This document shows positions 1 to 11,648 of a stretch of 64,000 bases of DNA, in pieces; position 1 is the stretch's first letter, and the number at the start of each line of letters is the position of its first letter. The translations under genes and the position numbers were made by a program. The notes beneath the pieces are model-generated. The model had not been told where the DNA came from. It did not search any database and was given only the letters and a program-made list of their open reading frames with translations. Source of the stretch: Ylistrum balloti (taxonomy: Eukaryota). The DNA lies in assembly GCF_031769215.1 (NCBI RefSeq), contig NW_026783211.1:1-64000 (forward strand). The letters run 5' to 3'.

Positions 1-432
1 CCTTCCTATTGTATTTGATATATAGCTGAATCTAGTTATAACTATAGTATCACTATAAAACTCCTTAAACAAGGTATCTAAATAACAAATTATACAGACC
101 AGGATACTATTTATTATCAGTTCCCGACGCTAAAATACGAGATAGCGACTAAATGATTAATAAGAAATTTTGAAAAGTACTTATCCTTCTGATGGATTTC
201 TCGGGAACTCTGTTGTCTAATTAATCCTCTGTCTGCCGATAGAATTAACACATAAAGAAAAAAAAGTCCACAGGAATTACACAATATATTCCAGAAGAAT
301 ATATGTAATATATATATATAGAAAAGACTGTTGGTGAATGATGTAACCTAACACTATATCGTTGATGATAGGTAACAAAGGTACTCTAAGCCTGTAGGTA
401 GGTGTCGACAGCTCGGGGGTCAGTGGTGGTAT
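1..432 (-). mobile_element. Inverted 5' UTR segment of LINE copy 1
   Basis: 1-432 is the reverse complement of 23348-23788 (5' end of copy 2), with a few substitutions; joined at 433/434 to sense sequence equal to 24236 onward. Confidence 0.95.
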
Positions 433-433
433 C

Positions 434-1624
434 ATACTGACCCCTAGGGATAAAAAACCACTACATGCGGGACGTGTTCGCGGGGACATATCCCAATACA
501 CAGGGGTAACCAGTGACGTCAGGGACGTCAAGATGCTACCATCAGGTATCATATTAGTTCTCTGCGCCACAGCGATGTGCATAACAAAGGCGATGAAAAT
601 CGCATGTATAGATGGTACACCATGTACAACACGGCTATCTAAACGGCCATATACAAACTCCCCACCTAGACGCAAACAAAAAATGACTCGCACAACAACA
701 AAGGGGGTCATCTATCGGATCCCCCTCAACACGTCATTAACATCATTAAACAAAATAAACAATGTCAAGACAGCCAGTAGGATGCACAACAAAGACAAAC
801 AACCTACTACATCCATCCTACTGGAATTTCACTCAAACACTCTACCTAAAGAAATCAAATTTAACAAAATCACATATCCAGTAACAAAATTCAACGTACC
901 ACGCAAACAACAAAAACCTACTACAAAGCATACAAAACCAAAATATTCCCAGTGCTCAACAACCCAAATCACCTACAACAAAACTACAACAAATCGACTG
1001 TACTCGGCAGTCGTACAAAACAACACTCCGCAAAATAACACAAACAAACACACCAACACTACTACAACCATTAACTCACAAATAACACCTACACAACACG
1101 GAGTATTAGTCACCACAGAGCTACTCGGCAATATTGTCCTGTTAGCACGTGATCAAACACTCACAGACAGACAAGCACTACAAAAAGTCAGGGCCCTAAT
1201 AAACAAACAAAACGGGTTCCCGGCACCTCAAGTCACACCCATAAATAAACTGACACAAACAACACCCACACAAACCTCACCAACACAGCCAAAACCAACA
1301 CAGTCCACACCAACAACATCACCTACACTTTTCCTAACACAAACAACACCCCAAACCTTAATAACAACCACACAAACCAAAAACACTCCTACACAACAAA
1401 CAATACACCTTCTGGATAGTTCTGGAGAGTTAGACGACTCGTTTCTGTCCAAACCTCCCACACCTCGCTCTCCTACTGGATTGGGTAGACGTAGGACACA
1501 AACAAACAATAAAACAACACCAAAAAACAAACAAACAACACCGACACGCCCTAACACCAGATCACGGGCAAAACACACCGCCAATCAGCCGAGACCTGGA
1601 AATAGCAAACGACAGCTTTACTAG
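434..1624 (+). pseudogene. LINE ORF1, copy 1, lacking the first 12 codons (first downstream ATG at 533)
   Basis: Same as ORF 24200-25426 from codon 13 on, apart from one L/S change. Confidence 0.9.
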
Positions 1625-1704
1625 AGCCACAAGCAACATAAATTTAATATAAATACCCATTTTCTTTCGCGGGTATATTAAATGACCAGTCAGGCCTTAC
1701 TGTC

Positions 1705-4700
1705 ATGCATTGGAATGCAGGAGGCCTTAAGCCGAAAATTTCAGAATTAAAATCATTTCTGAACGAAAATGCTCCCGATATTTTATGTATTCAGGAAACA
1801 ATGCTTAAACCTAAACACAAAAGTTTCAAAATTAATGGTTACAATCCACCATTTAGGTACGATACGGACCAAGGTTTGGCAATATATATAAAATGCGGAA
1901 TTGCATACAAAGAGTATGAAATCAAAGACCAAGATCTTGTGGCTCTAACCCTACTAGAATAGATGTAGCACGGGGTATAGAATCCCATCTAGATATCACC
2001 CTAGCATCTCCAAACTTAGCTAGTAAATGTAGCTACTGGAACACCCTCGATAGCACTCTAGGTTCCGACCATTACCCAATTTTGACACAGTTTGATTTTA
2101 AACCCCATGTCAATACAATTCAATACCCACCACGATGGGTTTTTAATAAGGCCAATTGGGACCAATTCAAAATTTTAGCAGAAACAATCCAACATGAGGA
2201 AATTTTCGATCAAGATGTTGACGTCTTTAATGCAAATTTAACTAGGGTTATTTTAGATATAGCGTCAACATCTATCCCTAAAACCTCAGGCAAACCCAAA
2301 ACGAGGAAAAACAATCCATGGTGGAACGATGAGTGTAGGTTAGCCAAAAAACTCAAAAAGAATAGCGAAAGGAAATGGAGGGCAAATAAAAATAGTGAAC
2401 TATTAAAAACAGAGTACACAAGATGCAAAACAAACTTCAATAATATCATTCAAAACGCCAAAAACAATCATTGGCAAGAGTTTTGTACATCTTTAAATAA
2501 CAAAACTAATTTGAAAAACGTTTGGTCAAAGGTCAAAGCTATACAGGGAATAAGTAGATCAGAAATCCCTATACTAGGTAAGAACAACATTACCGATAAG
2601 GAAAAGGCAGATACTCTAGCTAAACAATATCAAAAGGCTAGTAGTAATGATAATTTGACCCCTGAATTCAAACTAAATAAAGTTCACAATCAAGTCACCA
2701 TTGATAATGAAATCAAAGACCCAGGCCCTAACACCGGTGATCTCAACTGCCCATTCACAATCACAGAATACAAACAAGCACTACAGAACAAGAGAAACAC
2801 GTCCCCGGGCGATGATAATATTTCATACAACATACTCAAACACTGTCCGGACAACATCACAGACATCATACTCCTTTTTTACAACCACATATGGGACACA
2901 GGTATAATACCTGAATCTTGGAAAAATGCCATTGTTATACCTATACTAAAACCAGGTAAAAATCCACAAGAACCTGCATCATATAGGCCCATAGCTCTAA
3001 CCTCACACCTGTGTAAGGTCATGGAAACTATGGTAAACAATAGGCTAGTACACTCATTAGAAAGATCAGGTATCATAAACGAGGAACAGAGCGGATTCCG
3101 TAAGGGTAGATCGACATTAGACCCACTACTACGACTCACTTCAGAGATAAAAAAAGGTTTTAACCTCAAACAAAACACTCTAGCTGTCTTCTTAGATCTG
3201 GAAAAAGCTTATGATCTCATTTGGCATGACGGACTTCTGGTCTCACTAAAAAAATTCGGCATAACTGGTAACATCTTCAAATTCGTCAACAGTTTCCTTA
3301 AAAACCGTAAAATTCAAGTTAGGATCCATAACACTCTTTCGGATCAACTTGAACTAGACAACGGTGTAGCACAAGGCAGCGTTATTTCTCCAACACTCTT
3401 TAATATTTACATCAACACACTGTCAGATACGCTAAACAACAACACCAAGTTAGCGCAATTTGCAGATGATGGGTGTATCTGGAGTACAGGAAAAAACATT
3501 AGATATCTAACCAAACATATCCAAATAAATCTTACAGCAATTAATGAGTGGGCCAATAAGTGGGGTTTTAAACCATCTAAACAAAAAACTGTAGCAATGT
3601 ATTTCTCTAGAAGTAGAACACTACCAGAACTATACCTAGGCCAGACCAAATTAAAATTTGAAAAACAAGTTAGGTATTTAGGCATGATAATCGATCACAA
3701 ACTCACATGGAGTAAACATATTCAATATGTAAAGGAATCATGCCAAAAGGCAATTAACACCATGAGGTATATTTCTGGTTGTAAATTTGGCGCCAATAAA
3801 ACAACTCAATTAATGTTATATAAGGCCTTAGTTAGATCTAGGTTAGATTACGGGTGCCAGGTATATAATATAGCTAGTGACACAGTATTAAAACATCTAG
3901 ATGTAATACAACACACAGCCTTAAGGGTAGCGCTAAGGGCCATCAAAAACACCAACAGCAATAGTTTACTAGCAGAGGCCGGCGAAACAACATTAACACT
4001 TAGGCGAGAAAACCTTACTCTAAAATACTGGGCTAGAACCCAAAATCATGGGGATAGGTTCTTACTAAACAAAGCAATACAAAATAGTGAAATACCTGTT
4101 ACCAACATCAGGGCTCCCTATCCTTCAGAAATACTTAGATTAAAACAGAAATATGGTTTAGAAGGTGTCAAGATCTCCCGCAAACAAGATTTCCAAGGAC
4201 TCCCTCAGCTCCTTACAATCCTTGACAACTGGAAATAGCAGTAGACCTAAACTGCTTAATGCAATTCATTATATGATCACCGAGATCGATCAATTAGGAA
4301 TAGATCTAAAATTCGAATGGATTCCATCTCATGTCGACATTTTAGGTAACGAGATAGCAGATCAACTCGCTAGAGCAGCCTTAGGGTCACGTGATGTTCA
4401 TCTAAATATAGACTTGAGTGTATCAGAGGTCGTCAGTATAATCAATGACAAAACTCAATTGATAAGGCAGGAAAATTGGTCGAAATTAACTAATAACTGG
4501 CTCTATTCCATCGAGAGCAATGTTAAGATCCAACCTCAGTTATATAGTTATAATAAAGTAGAGGATACTGTTATCACTAGACTTCGATTAGGCTACACCA
4601 AACTCGGTCATAACATCAACCGTATTAAAAAGGAAGTCAGTCCATATTGTCCAAACTGTGGTGAACCGGAAACCATAGAACACATTCTGTTCGAATGCAC

Positions 4701-4866
4701 CACCCATGACAACTTTAGATCAGTTTTCCAAAACCAAATTGAGCATATAGACAATATGAAATTCGATTCCAAAACGGTACTCAACCCTCCAAAACAACAT
4801 AGAAAATATGTATTCGACCAATTAACCTCCTATCTAACGGATATTGATTATATTGATAAAATCTAG
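1705..4866 (+). pseudogene. LINE ORF2 (APE-RT-RNase H-CCHC), copy 1, broken by two frameshifting deletions
   Basis: Deletion of 244 bp at 1947/1948 (equals 25750-25993 of copy 2, includes the GDFNGHH endonuclease motif); second deletion at 4197/4198 removes the YTDGS half of RNase H; ORF-track pieces 1705-1962, 2082-4238, 4165-4866. Confidence 0.92.
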
Positions 4867-5686
4867 GAAAGCGATATAATTATATATATATATATATATA
4901 AAAAAAAAAAAAAATCAAAAAAACACACACACACACACGCAATATACGCAATTATGAGTCCACGTCCAGTATAGAATAAAAACACAAATAGGTACTACTT
5001 GTAGATCGTACAACCACTGCTTACTATAACTGGATAAACAGTGGACGTATTCGAATCTACATGTCCCCAATGGGTGGTCAGTAACCTATGGTAGGTAGGG
5101 AAACCAGGATACACAGCCCTCTGTAATTGACTTTACAGGGAGGTGTATTCAACACTGGACACAGGACTATAATTTCACCACCTCACACTTTTTTTTTAAA
5201 CCATACCCACAACACCACATACACACACAAAAACATCTCCTACATAAATACAACATACACTGGGCCGAAACCCAAAGCCAACAACCATTACAAAATCTCT
5301 TCCACCCTACCTTCCACCTTCTAATATACAAATCCCTGCTCTAGTAGGGTAGACATGTAGACGATTATACACAGTAATCTACAGTCTCCCGAACGACATC
5401 GATTGTATAATAATTCACATTTATTCTCACTAATCCCAAAAATCTACGCTAACCCAATTCCAGCACATTCTTTACATCACCCCATCACATCCACTCTCAT
5501 AACTGAACTTAATAACACAGTTCCCCACTTTTAAAATCCACTCTAGACCAGCATGACTAACCTTGTCAAATGGTGGCTAGTAATCCCATCTACAAATAAC
5601 AAACCTACACCAGCTAACAAGCTAAACCTATTTTCCAATTTCCGACTTTCCCATACACTCTCTCCCGCTATCTTCTAAAACTTCTT

Positions 5687-5780
5687 GTCCTTCGGAAGGG
5701 ACGTTAAACGGGGGTCCGGTGTACAGTGAGTCACGCCGTGCACGTTAAAGAACCTCTGCTGGTTTTCGAAAAAGAGAAGG
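5687..5780 (+). repeat. Segment resembling the Nin/Deu SINE central domain, inside the LINE 3' UTR
   Basis: GTCCTTCGGAAGGGACGTTAAACGGGGGTCC...CACGTTAAAGAACC...TTCGAAAAAGAG resembles, from memory, the DeuSINE/Nin core (GTCTTTCGGATGAGACGTTAAACCGAGG...GACGTAAAAGATCCC...TTCGAAGAAGAG); no database search run. Confidence 0.55.
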
Positions 5781-6096
5781 CTAACTGCTAGCCGCCACAG
5801 AGCATAGGTTTATATTAGGGAAATATAAAGTGAGACTAGAGTAGGACTAGGCGTTTCTGTGACAGTCCAAAATTTCCCCAGTTTTTTTGTTTTTTGTTTT
5901 TTTTTTTTTTCTTTAGACGTTAGGGTATAGATATAGTCAGATCTGTCCTCCCCATATTAGACCTGTTTGGTGATTACTAAAAAGCGAAATTGCACACCCT
6001 AAAGCCTCGGCCCTACCAGCCCCCTCCCCCTTAGTGTCCTAGGCTCGGTTATAACCGGAACAAGGACGTTAAGCTAAAAAAAAAAAAAAAAAAAAA

Positions 6097-6108
6097 GGGC
6101 GGGGCATA
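6097..6108 (+). repeat. Target site / putative 12-bp TSD GGGCGGGGCATA, 3' side of copy 1
   Basis: Directly follows the poly-A; the same 12-mer lies at -72..-61 from the ATG in every uninterrupted H1 unit (e.g. 8558-8569). Confidence 0.85.
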
Positions 6109-6168
6109 CAGCTTACCTAGCACTGACTAGCGCAGTTCTCGAACAATCACATCCAGACGAATCCGAAG

Positions 6169-6726
6169 ATGGCAGAGAAGACTCCAGTGAAGAAAGCAGT
6201 GAAGAAGCCAAAGACCCCGGCAGCTCATCCAAAGTACAGCGACATGGTGGCCACTGCAGTGGGAAGTCTGAAGGAACGTGGAGGCTCGTCCCGTCAGGCA
6301 ATACTGAAATACATCATGGCTAACTTCAAAGTGGGATCCGACGCTAAGGCTATCAACGCACACCTGAAGATCGCCCTCCGGAACGGCGTGAAGAAAGGAG
6401 CCCTGAAACAGTCGAAAGGAACCGGAGCTGCTGGATCATTCAAGCTCGGAGAGAAACCTAAACCCGCCAAAAAACCAGCCGCTAAGAAAGTGGTTAAGCC
6501 GAAAGCAGCAAAACCTAAGAAACCGGCGGCGAAGAAAGCGACTACGTCGGCGACGGCTAAGAAACCAAAGGCAAAGACACCCAAGAAAGCAGCTACCAAG
6601 AAAACCACGGAGAAGAAACCATCCAAGAAAACTACCAAGCCCAAGACCCCTAAGAAAAAGGCTATCAAGTCTCCGAAGAAAGCTAAGACAGACAAGCCTA
6701 AGAAAGCCAAGGCTGCAAAAAAATAA
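6169..6726 (+). CDS. H1: Linker histone H1 (185 aa)
   Basis: Winged-helix globular domain [29 protein letters not shown], Lys/Ala/Pro-rich tail with (S/T)PKK motifs, 3' stem-loop; upstream promoter replaced by LINE tail. Confidence 0.97.
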   Translation: MAEKTPVKKAVKKPKTPAAHPKYSDMVATAVGSLKERGGSSRQAILKYIMANFKVGSDAKAINAHLKIALRNGVKKGALKQSKGTGAAGSFKLGEKPKPAKKPAAKKVVKPKAAKPKKPAAKKATTSATAKKPKAKTPKKAATKKTTEKKPSKKTTKPKTPKKKAIKSPKKAKTDKPKKAKAAKK

Positions 6727-6762
6727 GATGTATATCTTACACCGTCCGAACGACACGTAAAC

Positions 6763-6778
6763 AGTCCTTTTTAGGACT
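6763..6778 (+). other. Histone mRNA 3' stem-loop, H1 variant AGTCCT-TTTT-AGGACT
   Basis: 6-bp stem, 4-nt loop, followed by ACCCA; also at 9224, 11685, 14146, 16607, 19068, 21529. Confidence 0.9.
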
Positions 6779-8459
6779 ACCCACATGTCACGAAAATCAT
6801 CCAATTACGCCTCGAAAAATACGCAAAACGCACTAATCCTAACTTCTTATAATTGACCAACGAACAAACCAACAACACCCTTCCCCACCCCCACCCTCCA
6901 AATACACCCACCTACCCGAAAGTAAAGGAAAATCCACCTTCCCACCCAACCCCACAGGACTACTTCACATCACACACTTTTTTGTTATAAACAATTGATA
7001 CCTGCTACAACTTCTAAGTCGCCGCCCCGTCCCCCGTCTCCCACCCGACAAGTACACACTCACGCCCGGCCCCGCCCATTTATGATTAGGTGAATGAATT
7101 TCAATAATATACACGTTAAACCAACAGTTAATACACCTATAAGCTGACACGGTATCGGTTTATTTCTTAATACTACGCATGTACAATCTGAATTCAAATA
7201 CACAAATGTAGTGTACCGACTAACGCTAAAAATTGCCACTTTCAACCAACAATCATTTCATATATGAAATAATAGTAATGTTTATGTGGAAACTAGTGAA
7301 AACACTTCAAAATCATACTCTGAAATCGAGACAATTTCCGCTATACATTTTTTTTTCAAAATAGTTGAAACAGGTGGTATTATTCCAATTTCCACATATT
7401 TCAGTTTACCCAGTTGCAGGAGTCGTTTTCACTGTCCGTGCACGTGGGTACGTTGTCGTGTATACCTGTGTACGTATGTGTATAGTGCACGATCAAAGGT
7501 AAGTATCGTCGTCGTCTATACGATAGAGAATTATCCTGAATATAAAGTTGTTCTGACTCAAATTTCTAAAGTATAAATTTAACCCAGAATGTATAAAATG
7601 GATGTGTGAGCCAAACACATTTATTGCGAAAGGCTGAGTCCGGGGGCTCCAACCACGGCAGTTTTATTTTTTAAAAATATGAAATCCGATTCTCCTATTT
7701 GTGTGGTTTTGTTTTGTTTTGTGTGTGAGTGTGTGCATGTGTTTTTTTTTTCCTTTTTTCCCCTCTCACCTGTGACTGTTACTAGCGCGCGCACACCCAC
7801 ACCCACAAACACACCCCCATACATACACACCATTTCTTTATTTTCGAGTTCGATATCTAGACAACACAGAATTAATACATGTTTGCGTAGAGTCGAGTCA
7901 AGTACACATGTGTACACGTATATATATGATCACACATACAATACAGCACAACACACATGTGGATACGATGACGTATGAATTGGGAGGGAAAAAAACCCCC
8001 AAAAAACATATTCCATACTTAGAATGTGATATTTGTTAGCAATTAAATGCGATAATCGAATCGAAAATGGTGGAGACTATGGATTGAGATTAAGTATAGC
8101 AGGAATTCGATAAATGTGCTTCCATGTCTATGATATTTACCCATTCTAAATCTAAATTATTCACAAATACCATTTATTACCATATATACAATGAACATGT
8201 ATATATTAAGAAACTAAGTAAATAGTGTGTTTATGAAAATAACGCATATATTACGAATTTAGAACAATTCTATTCAACTAATAGTGAAACCGCACTGACA
8301 AAATTATAGGAAAATGTCATGTAGCTCACTCATTACGAAACCGATTTAAATTTTGAAAACACCATTCGTTTGCCTATCTATCCGTTAGCAAATAGGTGTA
8401 TATATCACTAATTTTCTCCAATAATTTAGAGCTATAAACAACGTTTATTCACACCAAGG

Positions 8460-8569
8460 AAACACAAATTACTTGTTTTCCACACAGACAGGCTAACGCG
8501 CCGTTAGGTGTCCTCGGCGAGGTGCAGCAAAAAGCGCTTAAACGGCTGAGCGAGGACGGGCGGGGCATA
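8460..8569 (+). promoter_or_regulatory. H1 promoter: H1-box (AAACACA, 8460-8466) and GC box (GGGCGGGGC, 8558-8566); no canonical TATA
   Basis: Both motifs are known H1 promoter elements; repeated every 2461 bp; also a short palindrome CTAACG-CGC-CGTTAG at 8493-8507. Confidence 0.7.
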
Positions 8570-8629
8570 CAGCTTACCTAGCACTGACTAGCGCAGTTCT
8601 CGAACAATCACATCCAGACGAATCCGAAG

Positions 8630-9187
8630 ATGGCAGAGAAGACTCCAGTGAAGAAAGCAGTGAAGAAGCCAAAGACCCCGGCAGCTCATCCAAAGTACAG
8701 CGACATGGTGGCCACTGCAGTGGGAAGTCTGAAGGAACGTGGAGGCTCGTCCCGTCAGGCAATACTGAAATACATCATGGCTAACTTCAAAGTGGGATCC
8801 GACGCTAAGGCTATCAACGCACACCTGAAGATCGCCCTCCGGAACGGCGTGAAGAAAGGAGCCCTGAAACAGTCGAAAGGAACCGGAGCTGCTGGATCAT
8901 TCAAGCTCGGAGAGAAACCTAAACCCGCCAAAAAACCAGCCGCTAAGAAAGTGGTTAAGCCGAAAGCAGCAAAACCTAAGAAACCGGCGGCGAAGAAAGC
9001 GACTACGTCGGCGACGGCTAAGAAACCAAAGGCAAAGACACCCAAGAAAGCAGCTACCAAGAAAACCACGGAGAAGAAACCATCCAAGAAAACTACCAAG
9101 CCCAAGACCCCTAAGAAAAAGGCTATCAAGTCTCCGAAGAAAGCTAAGACAGACAAGCCTAAGAAAGCCAAGGCTGCAAAAAAATAA
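8630..9187 (+). CDS. H1: Linker histone H1 (185 aa)
   Basis: Protein identical to 6169-6726. Confidence 0.97.
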   Translation: MAEKTPVKKAVKKPKTPAAHPKYSDMVATAVGSLKERGGSSRQAILKYIMANFKVGSDAKAINAHLKIALRNGVKKGALKQSKGTGAAGSFKLGEKPKPAKKPAAKKVVKPKAAKPKKPAAKKATTSATAKKPKAKTPKKAATKKTTEKKPSKKTTKPKTPKKKAIKSPKKAKTDKPKKAKAAKK

Positions 9188-11090
9188 CATGTATATCTTA
9201 CACCGTCCGAACGACACGTAAACAGTCCTTTTTAGGACTACCCACATGTCACGAAAATCATCCAATTACGCCTCGAAAAATACGCAAAACGCACTAATCC
9301 TAACTTCTTATAATTGACCAACGAACAAACCAACAACACCCTTCCCCACCCCCACCCTCCAAATACACCCACCTACCCGAAAGTAAAGGAAAATCCACCT
9401 TCCCACCCAACCCCACAGGACTACTTCACATCACACACTTTTTTGTTATAAACAATTGATACCTGCTACAACTTCTAAGTCGCCGCCCCGTCCCCCGTCT
9501 CCCACCCGACAAGTACACACTCACGCCCGGCCCCGCCCATTTATGATTAGGTGAATGAATTTCAATAATATACACGTTAAACCAACAGTTAATACACCTA
9601 TAAGCTGACACGGTATCGGTTTATTTCTTAATACTACGCATGTACAATCTGAATTCAAATACACAAATGTAGTGTACCGACTAACGCTAAAAATTGCCAC
9701 TTTCAACCAACAATCATTTCATATATGAAATAATAGTAATGTTTATGTGGAAACTAGTGAAAACACTTCAAAATCATACTCTGAAATCGAGACAATTTCC
9801 GCTATACATTTTTTTTTCAAAATAGTTGAAACAGGTGGTATTATTCCAATTTCCACATATTTCAGTTTACCCAGTTGCAGGAGTCGTTTTCACTGTCCGT
9901 GCACGTGGGTACGTTGTCGTGTATACCTGTGTACGTATGTGTATAGTGCACGATCAAAGGTAAGTATCGTCGTCGTCTATACGATAGAGAATTATCCTGA
10001 ATATAAAGTTGTTCTGACTCAAATTTCTAAAGTATAAATTTAACCCAGAATGTATAAAATGGATGTGTGAGCCAAACACATTTATTGCGAAAGGCTGAGT
10101 CCGGGGGCTCCAACCACGGCAGTTTTATTTTTTAAAAATATGAAATCCGATTCTCCTATTTGTGTGGTTTTGTTTTGTTTTGTGTGTGAGTGTGTGCATG
10201 TGTTTTTTTTTTCCTTTTTTCCCCTCTCACCTGTGACTGTTACTAGCGCGCGCACACCCACACCCACAAACACACCCCCATACATACACACCATTTCTTT
10301 ATTTTCGAGTTCGATATCTAGACAACACAGAATTAATACATGTTTGCGTAGAGTCGAGTCAAGTACACATGTGTACACGTATATATATGATCACACATAC
10401 AATACAGCACAACACACATGTGGATACGATGACGTATGAATTGGGAGGGAAAAAAACCCCCAAAAAACATATTCCATACTTAGAATGTGATATTTGTTAG
10501 CAATTAAATGCGATAATCGAATCGAAAATGGTGGAGACTATGGATTGAGATTAAGTATAGCAGGAATTCGATAAATGTGCTTCCATGTCTATGATATTTA
10601 CCCATTCTAAATCTAAATTATTCACAAATACCATTTATTACCATATATACAATGAACATGTATATATTAAGAAACTAAGTAAATAGTGTGTTTATGAAAA
10701 TAACGCATATATTACGAATTTAGAACAATTCTATTCAACTAATAGTGAAACCGCACTGACAAAATTATAGGAAAATGTCATGTAGCTCACTCATTACGAA
10801 ACCGATTTAAATTTTGAAAACACCATTCGTTTGCCTATCTATCCGTTAGCAAATAGGTGTATATATCACTAATTTTCTCCAATAATTTAGAGCTATAAAC
10901 AACGTTTATTCACACCAAGGAAACACAAATTACTTGTTTTCCACACAGACAGGCTAACGCGCCGTTAGGTGTCCTCGGCGAGGTGCAGCAAAAAGCGCTT
11001 AAACGGCTGAGCGAGGACGGGCGGGGCATACAGCTTACCTAGCACTGACTAGCGCAGTTCTCGAACAATCACATCCAGACGAATCCGAAG

Positions 11091-11648
11091 ATGGCAGAGA
11101 AGACTCCAGTGAAGAAAGCAGTGAAGAAGCCAAAGACCCCGGCAGCTCATCCAAAGTACAGCGACATGGTGGCCACTGCAGTGGGAAGTCTGAAGGAACG
11201 TGGAGGCTCGTCCCGTCAGGCAATACTGAAATACATCATGGCTAACTTCAAAGTGGGATCCGACGCTAAGGCTATCAACGCACACCTGAAGATCGCCCTC
11301 CGGAACGGCGTGAAGAAAGGAGCCCTGAAACAGTCGAAAGGAACCGGAGCTGCTGGATCATTCAAGCTCGGAGAGAAACCTAAACCCGCCAAAAAACCAG
11401 CCGCTAAGAAAGTGGTTAAGCCGAAAGCAGCAAAACCTAAGAAACCGGCGGCGAAGAAAGCGACTACGTCGGCGACGGCTAAGAAACCAAAGGCAAAGAC
11501 ACCCAAGAAAGCAGCTACCAAGAAAACCACGGAGAAGAAACCATCCAAGAAAACTACCAAGCCCAAGACCCCTAAGAAAAAGGCTATCAAGTCTCCGAAG
11601 AAAGCTAAGACAGACAAGCCTAAGAAAGCCAAGGCTGCAAAAAAATAA
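11091..11648 (+). CDS. H1: Linker histone H1 (185 aa)
   Basis: Protein identical to 6169-6726. Confidence 0.97.
   Translation: MAEKTPVKKAVKKPKTPAAHPKYSDMVATAVGSLKERGGSSRQAILKYIMANFKVGSDAKAINAHLKIALRNGVKKGALKQSKGTGAAGSFKLGEKPKPAKKPAAKKVVKPKAAKPKKPAAKKATTSATAKKPKAKTPKKAATKKTTEKKPSKKTTKPKTPKKKAIKSPKKAKTDKPKKAKAAKK

Larger units (their letters stand above)
1..6096 (+). mobile_element. Non-LTR retrotransposon (I group, I/Nimb-like LINE), copy 1; 5'-inverted, two internal deletions, complete 3' end with poly-A; begins left of the window
   Basis: ORF1 plus ORF2 remnants with APE start (MHWNAGGL, ILCIQET), RT (YRPIALTS, QSGFR, FLDLEKAYD, GVAQGSVISP, FADDG), RNase H C-half (DSLSSL, WIPSHVDILGNEIADQLA) and C-terminal CPNC..ETIEHILFEC zinc finger; ends GGACGTTAAGCT followed by A21 at 6076-6096; near-identical to 23336-28437 (offset 23802 up to the first deletion). 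Confidence 0.93.

Noticed and set aside
1940-4200. Copy 1 internal deletions as spliced-out introns
   Set aside because: The 244-bp deletion has no GT..AG ends on either strand and shows TA microhomology; the far end of the second deletion is not visible
6965-7978. Short ORFs in the H1 spacer (61-99 aa), and similar ORFs in the quartet spacers
   Set aside because: Low-complexity composition, several with non-ATG starts, no motifs; identity between copies reflects tandem duplication
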